A stretch of 20,000 bases of DNA from an uncultured virus (IMG/VR IMGVR_UViG_3300021958_000051) (IMGVR_UViG_3300021958_000051:52234-72233); one strand, 5' to 3'. Positions 1-9,144 are shown, counted from the first letter of the stretch. Notes: a model not told the origin generated them from the sequence alone. Translations and numbers: made by a program.

Positions 1-240
1 TCAAAAGCAAAGGAATGGATGACTAATATTCCTGACATTAAAGGTATATTTAAAACAAAGTCTTACGATGAACTTAGTAAAATTGTAAATGACTGGCTCA
101 ATGGCGACAACGAAGATGATGAAGGTACTGAAAAGTTTGGAAGTAATACTTCTAACGATGATGATACACCTAAATCAGGCGGTGGAAGCGGAAAATCTTA
201 TAATGACTTAGACGATGCATTCGCAGACTTGATGTCATAA
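1..240 (+). CDS. C-terminal part of a phage ssDNA-binding protein (T4 gp32-like), 5' truncated by the window
   Basis: Frame is open from base 1 (SKAKEWMTNIPD...). Acidic, Gly/Ser-rich linker ending DLDDAFADLMS, typical of gp32-like acidic tails. Lies just upstream of the recA/exonuclease/helicase cluster. Confidence 0.7.
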   Translation, partial: SKAKEWMTNIPDIKGIFKTKSYDELSKIVNDWLNGDNEDDEGTEKFGSNTSNDDDTPKSGGGSGKSYNDLDDAFADLMS

Positions 241-272
241 ATAAGCAATCAATAAAAGATTAATCTTTTTTC

Positions 273-302
273 GGGGAAGTATGAAAATACTTCCCCATTT
301 TT
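273..302 (+). terminator. Rho-independent terminator after the ssb-like gene
   Basis: Perfect 10-bp stem GGGGAAGTAT / ATACTTCCCC (273-282, 287-296) with a GAAA tetraloop, followed by ATTTTT. Confidence 0.85.
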
Positions 303-341
303 ATATTTATGTAGTGATAGATTACTAAAAAAGAGAAACAA

Positions 342-2495
342 ATGAATAATGTCACTGCAAATAGTATCGATAGACGTTTATTAAGAGAACAAATAAAAAG
401 AAAGATGTTGACTGAAGCAAGACACAATCTTGCGCAAAAAGTAATAGAAGAAAGATATGAAAAAGGAATAACTAGCCTGTCTATATTTGATTTTGCGCCA
501 AAAGAAGATATAAAAGAAATTATTAATTTTGCGCAGGAAAACTTAAATGAAGTTAAATATGCTGCAAGAATATTAAGAGAGCAAGTATACTCAGGTCAGT
601 TAACCAATTCTAAGCATAAAGTAAGTCAAGTATTAAGCAATGATATAGAGCTTAAAGGTCAAAAAATTAGACTTCATGAGATATCAGACTTTGCATTAGA
701 TATGCTTTTTGGTTTCGGTCCAATGTTAGGATTAATTCCTTTGCCGGGTTTTGAAATAGCAGGTAGTGGTATTGCTATAGCAGGATTATTGTATTATGGA
801 TATAAGTTATATCAAGCAGTTAGAGCTGAAGATGGTTTGGAAATATTCATACAGGGAATATCAGTTTTATTTGCAGCTGCTGCTGTCTTTCCAAGAGTTG
901 GAGCAGCTTTTGCTGCAGCAGCAAAAAAGGTATTTGATTTCTTTAAAGGCTTTAAAGGAGTCGCTTCAAAATCTTTATTGTCTGTTGCAACAGGAGGTGT
1001 TTCTAATGTGGTTGCAAAATTTGGTAAAGAAGCAGTAGAACAAGGGGCCAAGGAAGTAATTGAACAAGGAACAGTAAACGCTATGAAAGAACTTGGGGAA
1101 GAAATTATCACAAATCAAGAAACCCTTAAAAAAGGTGCTGAAATTGCTTCTAGCGGCGCGAAATATTTAGATTATGCCAAAGACTTATTAAAAGGAATGA
1201 AAGATGGTGCTGCAACAAAATATTTAGGAAAAATACCTGTTATTGGTCCTAAATTAAGTAGTATAGTTGATAATTTATTAGAAGTCTTCCTAGCGGGTGG
1301 GTCTAAATTAAAAGATATAATTATTAAGAATACAAAAACAATGGCAGAAGTTTCAGAAGTAGCTGTAAAAGAAGGTGTTGATAAAGTAGGTACTGGTGCA
1401 TTGACAACAATTGCAGTTGCGACTACCCAAGCTGAAAAAAAGGCAGCACAAGAAACTTTAGAAGCTTTAGCAAAAGAAAGTGATGAGCTAGCGGCCGCAG
1501 CACGTCAATTAGGTTATTTAGATGAAGCTTTCGAAACAGCAGCAAAAGCCACAACAAAAGGAAAATCTGGTGCCAAAGGAATTCACAAAGCTGGAGAAAA
1601 ACTTCTTGGTGAGTTTGATGTAGTAATGTCAAAAATGAGTCAAGAAGCTGCCAGTATAGGAAAAAACGCTAGTGGTGATGCAATTGAATTAGTACAAAGA
1701 GAAATATTTAAGGCAGGAGAAAAATTAGCAGGGGTTGGAATAAAAAATAAGTCAACATACGCAAGTGTAACAAAAATATATAAAGGACTATTTCAAACAG
1801 CACAAGATATTGCTGTTATATCAAAAACAAGTATATCATCTGCGATTAAAGAATTACCATCAGCGGCAAAAACTATAAATTTTGGGAATTTAAAGATAAC
1901 TGGTCAAGCCGTTACGAAAGGCGGATCTAAAGTTGTAATTAAAGAAATAGTAGAAGAAGAAGGTAAAATTATGGTGAGGGCAGTAGCAAAAAATGGTAAA
2001 GTATATGCAAGAGAAATGACAGGAGATATTGCCAAACAATTGTCTGATAAAGGTATTTTTAAATCTATTTTTGGTAAAATGAATAATAATTTAGGTCGAC
2101 AAGCAAAAGTTTTGGAAAGAAGAACTTTAAAAGCATCATTTTCAAGAACAGCTGCAAAAGAAGCAGAAGAAGCATCACTTAAACTTGCTGACGATATAAC
2201 AACACAAACAGTAGGTGAAATAACTGAAGAAGTAGGTCAAGTAGCAGCAAAAGTTACTGCAGAAAATGCAGACAGCGTTATTAAAACGCTTATATCTCCT
2301 GAAAAATTAATGAAGGCTGATTGGTGGGTAAAATTAACAGGAGGCCTCTGGAATACTTTCTTAAGCGGGCTAGATGTTTCTGGAAAAACTAAACTTTCTA
2401 GAGTTGTAGATTCACAATCTTCAGATTATTATAATGTGGATCGATCAGAACTTGATGAAACCCTTAGACGGAAAAGTTTAAAATTTTTATATTGA
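342..2495 (+). CDS. 717-aa hypothetical protein: LxE-rich N-terminus, hydrophobic helical hairpin resembling pre-toxin TG domains, long Ala/Lys/Gly-rich helical region; candidate virion-internal or ejected protein
   Basis: Long ORF with a purine-rich AAGAGA upstream. Hydrophobic segment DMLFGFGPMLGLIPLPG...SVLFAAAAVFPRVG at nt 687-902. Function is inferred. Confidence 0.6.
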   Translation: MNNVTANSIDRRLLREQIKRKMLTEARHNLAQKVIEERYEKGITSLSIFDFAPKEDIKEIINFAQENLNEVKYAARILREQVYSGQLTNSKHKVSQVLSNDIELKGQKIRLHEISDFALDMLFGFGPMLGLIPLPGFEIAGSGIAIAGLLYYGYKLYQAVRAEDGLEIFIQGISVLFAAAAVFPRVGAAFAAAAKKVFDFFKGFKGVASKSLLSVATGGVSNVVAKFGKEAVEQGAKEVIEQGTVNAMKELGEEIITNQETLKKGAEIASSGAKYLDYAKDLLKGMKDGAATKYLGKIPVIGPKLSSIVDNLLEVFLAGGSKLKDIIIKNTKTMAEVSEVAVKEGVDKVGTGALTTIAVATTQAEKKAAQETLEALAKESDELAAAARQLGYLDEAFETAAKATTKGKSGAKGIHKAGEKLLGEFDVVMSKMSQEAASIGKNASGDAIELVQREIFKAGEKLAGVGIKNKSTYASVTKIYKGLFQTAQDIAVISKTSISSAIKELPSAAKTINFGNLKITGQAVTKGGSKVVIKEIVEEEGKIMVRAVAKNGKVYAREMTGDIAKQLSDKGIFKSIFGKMNNNLGRQAKVLERRTLKASFSRTAAKEAEEASLKLADDITTQTVGEITEEVGQVAAKVTAENADSVIKTLISPEKLMKADWWVKLTGGLWNTFLSGLDVSGKTKLSRVVDSQSSDYYNVDRSELDETLRRKSLKFLY

Positions 2496-2520
2496 AAATT
2501 ATTCCGGAATAATGTATAAT
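2492..2520 (+). promoter_or_regulatory. Sigma70-type promoter for recA
   Basis: TTGAAA (2492-2497), 17-bp spacer, TATAAT (2515-2520); RBS AAAGGAG at 2538-2544. Confidence 0.75.
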
Positions 2521-2549
2521 TCTTTATGTTAATAGATAAAGGAGAATAC

Positions 2550-3704
2550 ATGCCAAGTGATGATTTTACTAAAGACTTAATTAAGTCTCTCAATAAAGAA
2601 AAAGGAGCAAGAGTAGCTTATAATCTTGCAGTTGATGATAGCCCAACCCATGTTAAACGTTGGATCAGTACTGGTAGTCAAATGTTAGATTATATTTGTG
2701 CCAATCAAAAAGATGGCGGTTTACCTGAAGGTCGTATTGTAGAAATATTTGGACCTCCCTCAATTGGTAAGTCCCATATAGCAACACAACTAGCTCGTTC
2801 GACCCAACAAATGGGAGGAATTGTTGTTTATATCGACACAGAAAATGCAACATCAGTTGATAATCTTCGTGCTTTAGGGGTAGATGTTTCTTCTCGTTTT
2901 GTTTATGTTGATACACATTGTACTGAAGAGGTGTTGTCAATAGCAGAAAAAACAATCTTAAAAGCAAAAGCTCTTGATAAAGACGTTCCCGTTACAATTA
3001 TTTGGGATTCTGTTGCTGCAACTTCACCAAAAGCTGAATTGTTGGGTGATTATGACAAAGAATCAATTGGACTTCAAGCCCGGGCAATTTCAAAAGGTAT
3101 GCGGAAAATAACAGGTGTTATTGGGCAAACTAATTCACTTTTGATATGCCTTAATCAAATCCGAACTAAAGTAGGTGTAATGTATGGTGATCCAACAACG
3201 ACACCAGGTGGTAAGGCAATTCCATTTCATAGTTCGATCCGGATTAAATTAGGCGCAGGACAACCGATTAAAGATGGTGATGATGTAATTGGTATTAATG
3301 TATCAGCAAAAACAATAAAAAATAAGGTTGCACCACCTTTCCGGGTTGCAAAGTTTCAAATACATTTTGGAAAAGGGATTGTTGAGCACGAAGAGCTTTT
3401 TGATTTGTTAAGAAAGCATGGCGAAGAGATAATTAATAATAAATCAATCAAGGTGTCAGGAAGTGGTCAATGGAAGAATTTTCAAGTTGTTTGTTGCGAG
3501 TCTGGTGAAGTTTTGATTGAGAAAAAATTTAGAAAAACAGCTTTTAATGAACTAATGAAAGATCCGGATTACAAACCTTATTTAGATCAGTTAGTAGAAA
3601 AAGCAATGGTAAAAGTTATGACAACAACTGACGGCGTTGATATCGATACAGAATCATTAGCAGAATTAGAAGCATTACAACAGGAAATGTTTGATAATGA
3701 ATAG
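2550..3704 (+). CDS. recA: RecA/UvsX-family recombinase
   Basis: ISTGS..LD, GGLPEGRIVEIFGPPSIGKS (Walker A), YIDTE, IIWDSVAA (Walker B), NQIR, TTPGGKAIPFHSSIRI, KNKVAPPF. Start moved from 2526 to ATG 2550 because AAAGGAG directly precedes it. Confidence 0.95.
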   Translation: MPSDDFTKDLIKSLNKEKGARVAYNLAVDDSPTHVKRWISTGSQMLDYICANQKDGGLPEGRIVEIFGPPSIGKSHIATQLARSTQQMGGIVVYIDTENATSVDNLRALGVDVSSRFVYVDTHCTEEVLSIAEKTILKAKALDKDVPVTIIWDSVAATSPKAELLGDYDKESIGLQARAISKGMRKITGVIGQTNSLLICLNQIRTKVGVMYGDPTTTPGGKAIPFHSSIRIKLGAGQPIKDGDDVIGINVSAKTIKNKVAPPFRVAKFQIHFGKGIVEHEELFDLLRKHGEEIINNKSIKVSGSGQWKNFQVVCCESGEVLIEKKFRKTAFNELMKDPDYKPYLDQLVEKAMVKVMTTTDGVDIDTESLAELEALQQEMFDNE

Positions 3705-4647
3705 ATGTCTTATAATAGACGCATACAATCTTTTTATAAGACATTATGTTGCGAATCCTGCAATGTCAAAAAACGGCGAACAAGTCGGTGGCATTGTAGG
3801 ATTTTACAATAACATGACAAAGTTAATTGACAAATGCAATCCCACAGATGTTTATGTTATTTGGGAAGGTGGCGGTTCTATTAGAAAAAAAGCAGTGTAT
3901 AAAGATTATAAGCGTCAATCTCGTCCGGTTAAGTTGAATCGATATTATGATGATATACCCGATACAATGGAAAATAGAAATTATCAAATTAAAACATTGA
4001 TAAAACTTCTAGATAACTTTCCGATCACACAGTTGTATGTAGAGGGATCCGAAGCCGATGATGTTATTGGATACCTATGTAAATATCGTTTTAAATCCAG
4101 GCCTAAGGTAATCCTTTCCTCTGATCATGATTATTATCAGCTGCTTGACAATTTGACGATAATTTATTCACCTACACTCAAGACATTTGTTAATGAAAAG
4201 TTTGTAATTGATAAATTCGGAATACATCCACAAAATTTTGCATTGGCAAAGGCAATTGTTGGTGATAATTCAGATAATATCCCAGGAGTTCCAGGTGCAG
4301 GATTTAAGACTTTAGTTAGAGAATACGGTCATCTATTTCAAAATCCTGAGTTTGATTCGAATCGATTTGAACTTTTTATTGAGAATTCTGTTAAAATGGA
4401 AAAATCAAAAAAGAAAATATATAAATCAATTAAAGAAAATGAAGATATGATTGAAAGAAATTTTAAAGTTATTAATCTAGATGTTGACAATTTGGCACAT
4501 TACCAAGTAAATAAGATTGAACAAAAACTTGAAAACCATCAAAAAACATATAATAATATAAACATACACAAACTACTAAATGAAAATGCAATTAATAGCA
4601 TTGACGTCTACAACACAAAAATAATTTATAATAGATTATTGAGGTAA
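3697..4647 (+). CDS. 5'-3' exonuclease / flap endonuclease (T4 RNase H, PolI N-terminal domain family)
   Basis: LIIDAYNLFIR, YKDYK..R, EADDVIG, ILSSDHDYYQL, AIVGDNSDNIPGVPGAGFKT (H3TH motif). ATG 3697 overlaps the end of recA. Confidence 0.92.
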   Translation: MNRCLIIDAYNLFIRHYVANPAMSKNGEQVGGIVGFYNNMTKLIDKCNPTDVYVIWEGGGSIRKKAVYKDYKRQSRPVKLNRYYDDIPDTMENRNYQIKTLIKLLDNFPITQLYVEGSEADDVIGYLCKYRFKSRPKVILSSDHDYYQLLDNLTIIYSPTLKTFVNEKFVIDKFGIHPQNFALAKAIVGDNSDNIPGVPGAGFKTLVREYGHLFQNPEFDSNRFELFIENSVKMEKSKKKIYKSIKENEDMIERNFKVINLDVDNLAHYQVNKIEQKLENHQKTYNNINIHKLLNENAINSIDVYNTKIIYNRLLR

Positions 4648-4651
4648 AAAT

Positions 4652-6040
4652 ATGAATATGACCCCCGACCATGTGGAAAGTTATTTTTCCAAATATGGAA
4701 GAACGTTTCAAGAAAAAATCTTCCAAGCAATGTTAACAGATCACACATGGTCTGCGCAAATGATTGAAGTAATGACCCCTGAATACTTTGAATTAAAGTA
4801 TCTATCTTATCTTTGTGATCGTCATTTTAATTTTTATCACAAATATAAGAATTTTCCAACAATGCAGCTTCTTGTTTCTATTATTAGAGATGAATTAACA
4901 ACAGGAGATGACGTCGTTTTACGTGAGCAAGTAATTGAATATCTTTCACGTGTTAAAAATTCGCCAAATCAAGGTGATTTAGAATTTGTTAAAGAAAAAA
5001 CTCTTGATTTTTGCAAAAAACAAGTATTACGTCAAGCTTTAGAAGACTGCGTACAAGCAATCACAGCAGAAAATTATGAGTCGGTTTTGAGTATCATGAA
5101 AGATGCTGTTTCTAAAGGTACACCTGCTACAATTGGTCATGATTTCTTTGAAGATTATGAAGCACGTTTTACTCGTTTAACTCGTATTTGCTGCCCAACA
5201 GGACTTGATGCATTGGACAAAAAAGAAGTTTTAAATGGAGGTCTTGCACGTGGTGAAATTGGAGTTATAACAGCACCAACAGGAGTTGGAAAATCTCACT
5301 GGTTGGTTCACTGTGGTGCTGAAGCTCTGAAGCGAGGCAAAAATGTTTTGCATTATACATTCGAGCTAACTGAAACAGCTGTAGGTGTTCGATATGACTC
5401 TCACCTTTGTGGTATTAACTCAACTGATGTGATCGAGAAAAAAGATGAAATTTTGAGTAGGTATGAAGGTAATGATTACGGTCGATTGATAATTAAAGAA
5501 TACCCAACTGGATCAGCAAGTATCGTGACTATTAAAAATCATTTAGAAAAATTGGCAATGAGAGACTTTAAACCTGGATTAATTGTAATTGATTATGCGG
5601 ATATTATGAGGTCAACACGTCAATATGATTCTTTGCGTCATGAACTTAAGTTGATTTATGAGGAATTAAGAAACTTAGCGATGGAACTAAAAATACCAAT
5701 TTGGACAGCATCGCAAGCAAATAGAGAAGCCTCTGATAAAGAAGTTGTAGGACTTGGCAATATGTCTGAAGCATATGGAAAAGCTATGGTTGCCGACGTT
5801 GTTCTTTCAATATCACGCAAACAATTAGAAAAAGCAACAGGAGCTGCACGCCTGTTCGTTGCAAAAAATCGTGCGGGACAAGACGGAATTCTATTTCCAA
5901 TTAGAATTGATACAGCAAGAAGTCATTTTGAAATAATTGACGATCCTAATTCACTTTCTGTATTGGACATGGTAGAATCCGCGCATACAGGCACCAAAGA
6001 CATGCTTAAGTCTAAGTGGAAAGAAATAACAGGAAAATAA
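4652..6040 (+). CDS. DnaB-like replicative helicase (T4 gp41-like)
   Basis: PTGLDALD, GGLARGE, APTGVGKS (Walker A), YTFEL, LIIKEYPTG, IVIDYADIM, WTASQANR, VAKNRAG; GAGG RBS upstream. Confidence 0.93.
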   Translation: MNMTPDHVESYFSKYGRTFQEKIFQAMLTDHTWSAQMIEVMTPEYFELKYLSYLCDRHFNFYHKYKNFPTMQLLVSIIRDELTTGDDVVLREQVIEYLSRVKNSPNQGDLEFVKEKTLDFCKKQVLRQALEDCVQAITAENYESVLSIMKDAVSKGTPATIGHDFFEDYEARFTRLTRICCPTGLDALDKKEVLNGGLARGEIGVITAPTGVGKSHWLVHCGAEALKRGKNVLHYTFELTETAVGVRYDSHLCGINSTDVIEKKDEILSRYEGNDYGRLIIKEYPTGSASIVTIKNHLEKLAMRDFKPGLIVIDYADIMRSTRQYDSLRHELKLIYEELRNLAMELKIPIWTASQANREASDKEVVGLGNMSEAYGKAMVADVVLSISRKQLEKATGAARLFVAKNRAGQDGILFPIRIDTARSHFEIIDDPNSLSVLDMVESAHTGTKDMLKSKWKEITGK

Positions 6041-6059
6041 AATTTATTGGAGAAATTAG

Positions 6060-8546
6060 ATGTACGATTACAACGAAGTGTATCAAGCCAGCCTTGAATA
6101 CTTTAACGGAGATGAATTAGCGGCTAGCGTGTTTGCCGGAAAATATGCCTTGCAAGATGCTGAAGGCAATTATTTAGAAAAAACACCAAAAGACATGCAC
6201 AAAAGGCTTGCTAAAGAATTTGCAAGAATTGAGGATAAATACCCAAATCCAATGTCAGAATTAGAAATATTTAGATTGCTGCATAATTTTGAATATATCG
6301 TTCCTCAAGGTTCTCCAATGAGCGGTATTGGAAATGAATCAAAGATACAATCTTTATCCAATTGTTTCGTAATACAGGCTCCTTATGATAGCTACGCAGG
6401 TATTTTAACAGCAGATCAAGAACAAGTTCAAATCATGAAGCGTCGAGGTGGTGTAGGTTTTGATGTTTCTACAATCCGTCCAAAAGGATTGTCTACTTCA
6501 AATGCTGCGAAAACAACTGACGGTATTGAAGTCTTTATGGAAAGGTTTTCAAACTCATGTCGTGAGGTCGCACAAGGTGGTCGTCGAGGCGCCTTAATGT
6601 TGTCTATCTCAGTTCATCATCCGCAAGTTATGGATTTTATTAAAATTAAGCGTGATCTTAAAAAGGTAACCGGTGCAAATATATCAGTTCGTGTAACAGA
6701 TGAGTTTATGAATGCGGTTAAGCATGGTGATCATTATCAGCTTCGATGGCCTGTTGAAAGTATAGCTGAAGGTGGCGGTGTTCCTGAAATCGAAGAGAAG
6801 GTACTTGCTCGAGATGTTTGGGATTCTTTAATTGAGTCTGCACATGCATCAGCAGAACCTGGTGTTTTATTTTGGGACACTGCAAAAAGGAACACGCCTT
6901 CTGACGTTTATGAAGGACAAGGATTTGGTTCTGTTTCTACTAATCCTTGCGGTGAAATTATACTTTCTCCGTATGATTCGTGTCGTTTAATGCTTGTTAA
7001 TCTTACATCTTTCGTACAAAATGCTTGGACACAAGAAGCTTATTTTGAATGGGGTAAATTTGCTAATATAGTTCAAAAAGCCCAACGTCTAATGGATGAT
7101 ATGATTGATTTAGAAATAGAACAAATTGACAAAATCATGGACAAGATACGTCGTGATCCCGAACCTGATGATGTTAAAGAAATCGAACTTAGGTTATGGC
7201 ATAAAATAAGACAAGCGGCAGGTGTAGGTAGAAGAACAGGATTAGGTATAACAGGTTTAGGCGATTGTATTGCAATGCTAAACCAGCAGTATGGAGATCC
7301 AGAATCGATCAAAACAACCGAAGAAATCTACAAATGGTTGGCTTTGAATTCATACGAGTCTTCAATTCAATTGGCAAAAGAACGTGGAGCATTTACATGT
7401 TGGATGCACGAAAAAGAAAAAGATCATCCGTTTCTTCAAAGAATTATTTCAAACTTGTTGCCTGAGCGTCAAGAAGATTATAAAAAATATGGAAGACGTA
7501 ATATTGCAAATACAACAACAGCCCCTGCCGGATCTGTTTCATGCTTGACACAAACAACAAGTGGCATTGAACCAGCTTTTATGCTTTACTATAAGCGTCG
7601 TAAAAAGGTTCAGAATAATGAAGAAGTGACTTTTGTTGATGACCTAGGTGATAAATGGACAGAGTTTTTGGTGTATCACCACAAATTTAAGGAGTGGATG
7701 GATCATTGGCATCTTGGAGACAATGAAGTTGACGATGTAATTCAGAATAGTCCGTATGCCGGAGCAACTGCAAATGAGATTGATTGGGTTGCAAAAGTAG
7801 ACCTTCAAGCAGCAGCACAAAAATGGGTATGTCATGCTATTTCAAATACAACTAACCTCCCTAACGATATCGATGTAGAAACTGTTAAAAAGGTATATAT
7901 GAAAGGTTGGGAGACTGGCTGTAAAGGAATAACAGTTTATCGAGACGGTTCTCGCTCCGGTGTTCTTGTCTCTGCTGATGAAAAGAAAGAAACAAAATTT
8001 GAACAACGATCTGCTCCAAAAAGACCTGAAGTTTTAGAATGTGATATTTTTCATACAAGTGTCAAAGGAGAACGCTGGGTTGTTATGGTTGGACTTTTGG
8101 AAGGTAAGCCTTATGAGGTATTAGGAGGTGAAGCAAAATTAATAGAAATACCACGCAAGTTAACTAAAGGAACATTGTCAAAACGTGTCTTTAAAACGAC
8201 AAACAGCAAGTATGACTTAACTGTAGGTGAAGGTGACGGAGAGCTTTCTATTAAGGATGTTGTTTCTGTATTTGATAATCCTAATCACGCAGGTTATACG
8301 CGAGTTATTTCAACTTCTTTACGTCATGGTGTACCAGTACAATTCCTTGTTGAACAAATGCAAAAAGATAAAAATGCAGATTTGTTTTCTTTTAGCAAGG
8401 TTATTTCACGTTGTTTAAAGACTTATATTAAAGACGGTACTAAGTCAAGTGTCAAGATATGTCAAAATTGTGGAGCAGAAGATAGTATAGTTTATCAAGA
8501 AGGCTGCGAAATGTGTAAATCTTGTGGAAGTTCCAAATGTGGATAG
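6060..8546 (+). CDS. nrdJ: Class II (adenosylcobalamin-dependent) ribonucleotide reductase with C-terminal TSCPD-like domain and Cys4 zinc ribbon
   Basis: SLSNCFV, RRGGVG, TNPCGEI (thiyl-radical Cys), TAPAGS, TTSGIEP, GCKGITVYRDGSR with no class Ia YY pair, C-terminal CQNC...EGCEMCKSCGSSKC. No nrdB adjacent. GGAG RBS. Confidence 0.88.
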   Translation: MYDYNEVYQASLEYFNGDELAASVFAGKYALQDAEGNYLEKTPKDMHKRLAKEFARIEDKYPNPMSELEIFRLLHNFEYIVPQGSPMSGIGNESKIQSLSNCFVIQAPYDSYAGILTADQEQVQIMKRRGGVGFDVSTIRPKGLSTSNAAKTTDGIEVFMERFSNSCREVAQGGRRGALMLSISVHHPQVMDFIKIKRDLKKVTGANISVRVTDEFMNAVKHGDHYQLRWPVESIAEGGGVPEIEEKVLARDVWDSLIESAHASAEPGVLFWDTAKRNTPSDVYEGQGFGSVSTNPCGEIILSPYDSCRLMLVNLTSFVQNAWTQEAYFEWGKFANIVQKAQRLMDDMIDLEIEQIDKIMDKIRRDPEPDDVKEIELRLWHKIRQAAGVGRRTGLGITGLGDCIAMLNQQYGDPESIKTTEEIYKWLALNSYESSIQLAKERGAFTCWMHEKEKDHPFLQRIISNLLPERQEDYKKYGRRNIANTTTAPAGSVSCLTQTTSGIEPAFMLYYKRRKKVQNNEEVTFVDDLGDKWTEFLVYHHKFKEWMDHWHLGDNEVDDVIQNSPYAGATANEIDWVAKVDLQAAAQKWVCHAISNTTNLPNDIDVETVKKVYMKGWETGCKGITVYRDGSRSGVLVSADEKKETKFEQRSAPKRPEVLECDIFHTSVKGERWVVMVGLLEGKPYEVLGGEAKLIEIPRKLTKGTLSKRVFKTTNSKYDLTVGEGDGELSIKDVVSVFDNPNHAGYTRVISTSLRHGVPVQFLVEQMQKDKNADLFSFSKVISRCLKTYIKDGTKSSVKICQNCGAEDSIVYQEGCEMCKSCGSSKCG

Positions 8547-8578
8547 ATAATTAAACTTATATTACATGGGAGCCAAGA

Positions 8579-9085
8579 ATGAATCTTACGAGAAATAAAT
8601 TAAGAAAACTAATTTTAGAAACACTTGAAGAAGCAAGATACACTGATCAAACTGCAGCGAGATACGGACAAGCAGGGGCTTTTGGCGGAGGAATGCTTGG
8701 CACAATTCCAGCTCCTGTTGCAATTGCAACAGCACCAGTAGGTGCTTATTTAGGCGAAAAAATTGGAACAATGATCGCAAATTACCGAGGCTTTAAGACG
8801 GGTCCAGTCCCAGCGGATGACCCTTTACACCCAGCTAATTTATTTGAGTTTGCACAAGCTGCTGAATTTAACCTTCAAAGAATTGAACAAAACATAAGAG
8901 AAAACGGAGGATTTGAAAATAAGATAGTTTACAGTGTAGATGATTTTGACATATTAGAAAATCCAGACACAGCGCTTCTTGTTACAATTATTGAAAAGTT
9001 AGGCCTAGCAGATCCTTCACCTATCATTTCAAAAGCAGTAAATTTTGTAAGCAAAATACCGGTAATTGGACCGATGCTTACTTAG
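8579..9085 (+). CDS. 168-aa hypothetical protein with basic/LxE N-terminal leader and glycine-zipper hydrophobic segment
   Basis: GGGAG RBS; MNLTRNKLRKLILETLEEAR N-terminus; GQAGAFGGGMLG...VGAYLGEKIG glycine zipper; ends SKIPVIGPMLT. Confidence 0.7.
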   Translation: MNLTRNKLRKLILETLEEARYTDQTAARYGQAGAFGGGMLGTIPAPVAIATAPVGAYLGEKIGTMIANYRGFKTGPVPADDPLHPANLFEFAQAAEFNLQRIEQNIRENGGFENKIVYSVDDFDILENPDTALLVTIIEKLGLADPSPIISKAVNFVSKIPVIGPMLT

Positions 9086-9108
9086 TTTTTAAATTTAAAT
9101 TTAATCTT

Positions 9109-9135
9109 AAGGCACATGTACATGTGCCTTTTTTT
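9109..9135 (+). terminator. Rho-independent terminator
   Basis: Perfect 22-bp palindrome AAGGCACATGTACATGTGCCTT (9109-9130) running into a T tract that ends at 9135. Confidence 0.8.
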
Positions 9136-9144
9136 GTGTATAAT
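9116..9144 (+). promoter_or_regulatory. Probable sigma70-type promoter for clpP
   Basis: TATAAT at 9139-9144 preceded by TG, as at recA. The -35 region is weak (ATGTAC/TGTACA) and lies within the terminator palindrome. RBS AAAGGAG at 9158-9164. Confidence 0.5.

Noticed and set aside
796..1632. Short alternative-frame and antisense ORFs (796-1038, 812-1111, 1423-1632)
   Set aside because: Fully nested in the 717-aa gene, with no recognisable motifs; shadows of biased codon usage.
2526..2549. ORF-track start of recA at 2526 (likewise 3691 for the exonuclease and 17072 for the 515-aa gene)
   Set aside because: RBS position and stop/start overlaps favour ATG 2550, 3697 and 17084.
2550..8546. 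Inteins or introns in RecA, helicase or RNR
   Set aside because: Lengths are normal and motifs contiguous; no intein splice motifs or homing endonuclease insert seen.
2665..8780. Nested small ORFs within recA, nrdJ and the 168-aa gene (2665-2967, 7073-7312, 7265-7465, 7644-7835, 8227-8418, 8586-8780)
   Set aside because: They overlap well-supported genes and show no independent coding signal.
9086..9104. TTTAAA tandem run
   Set aside because: Low-complexity AT sequence, expected in this composition.
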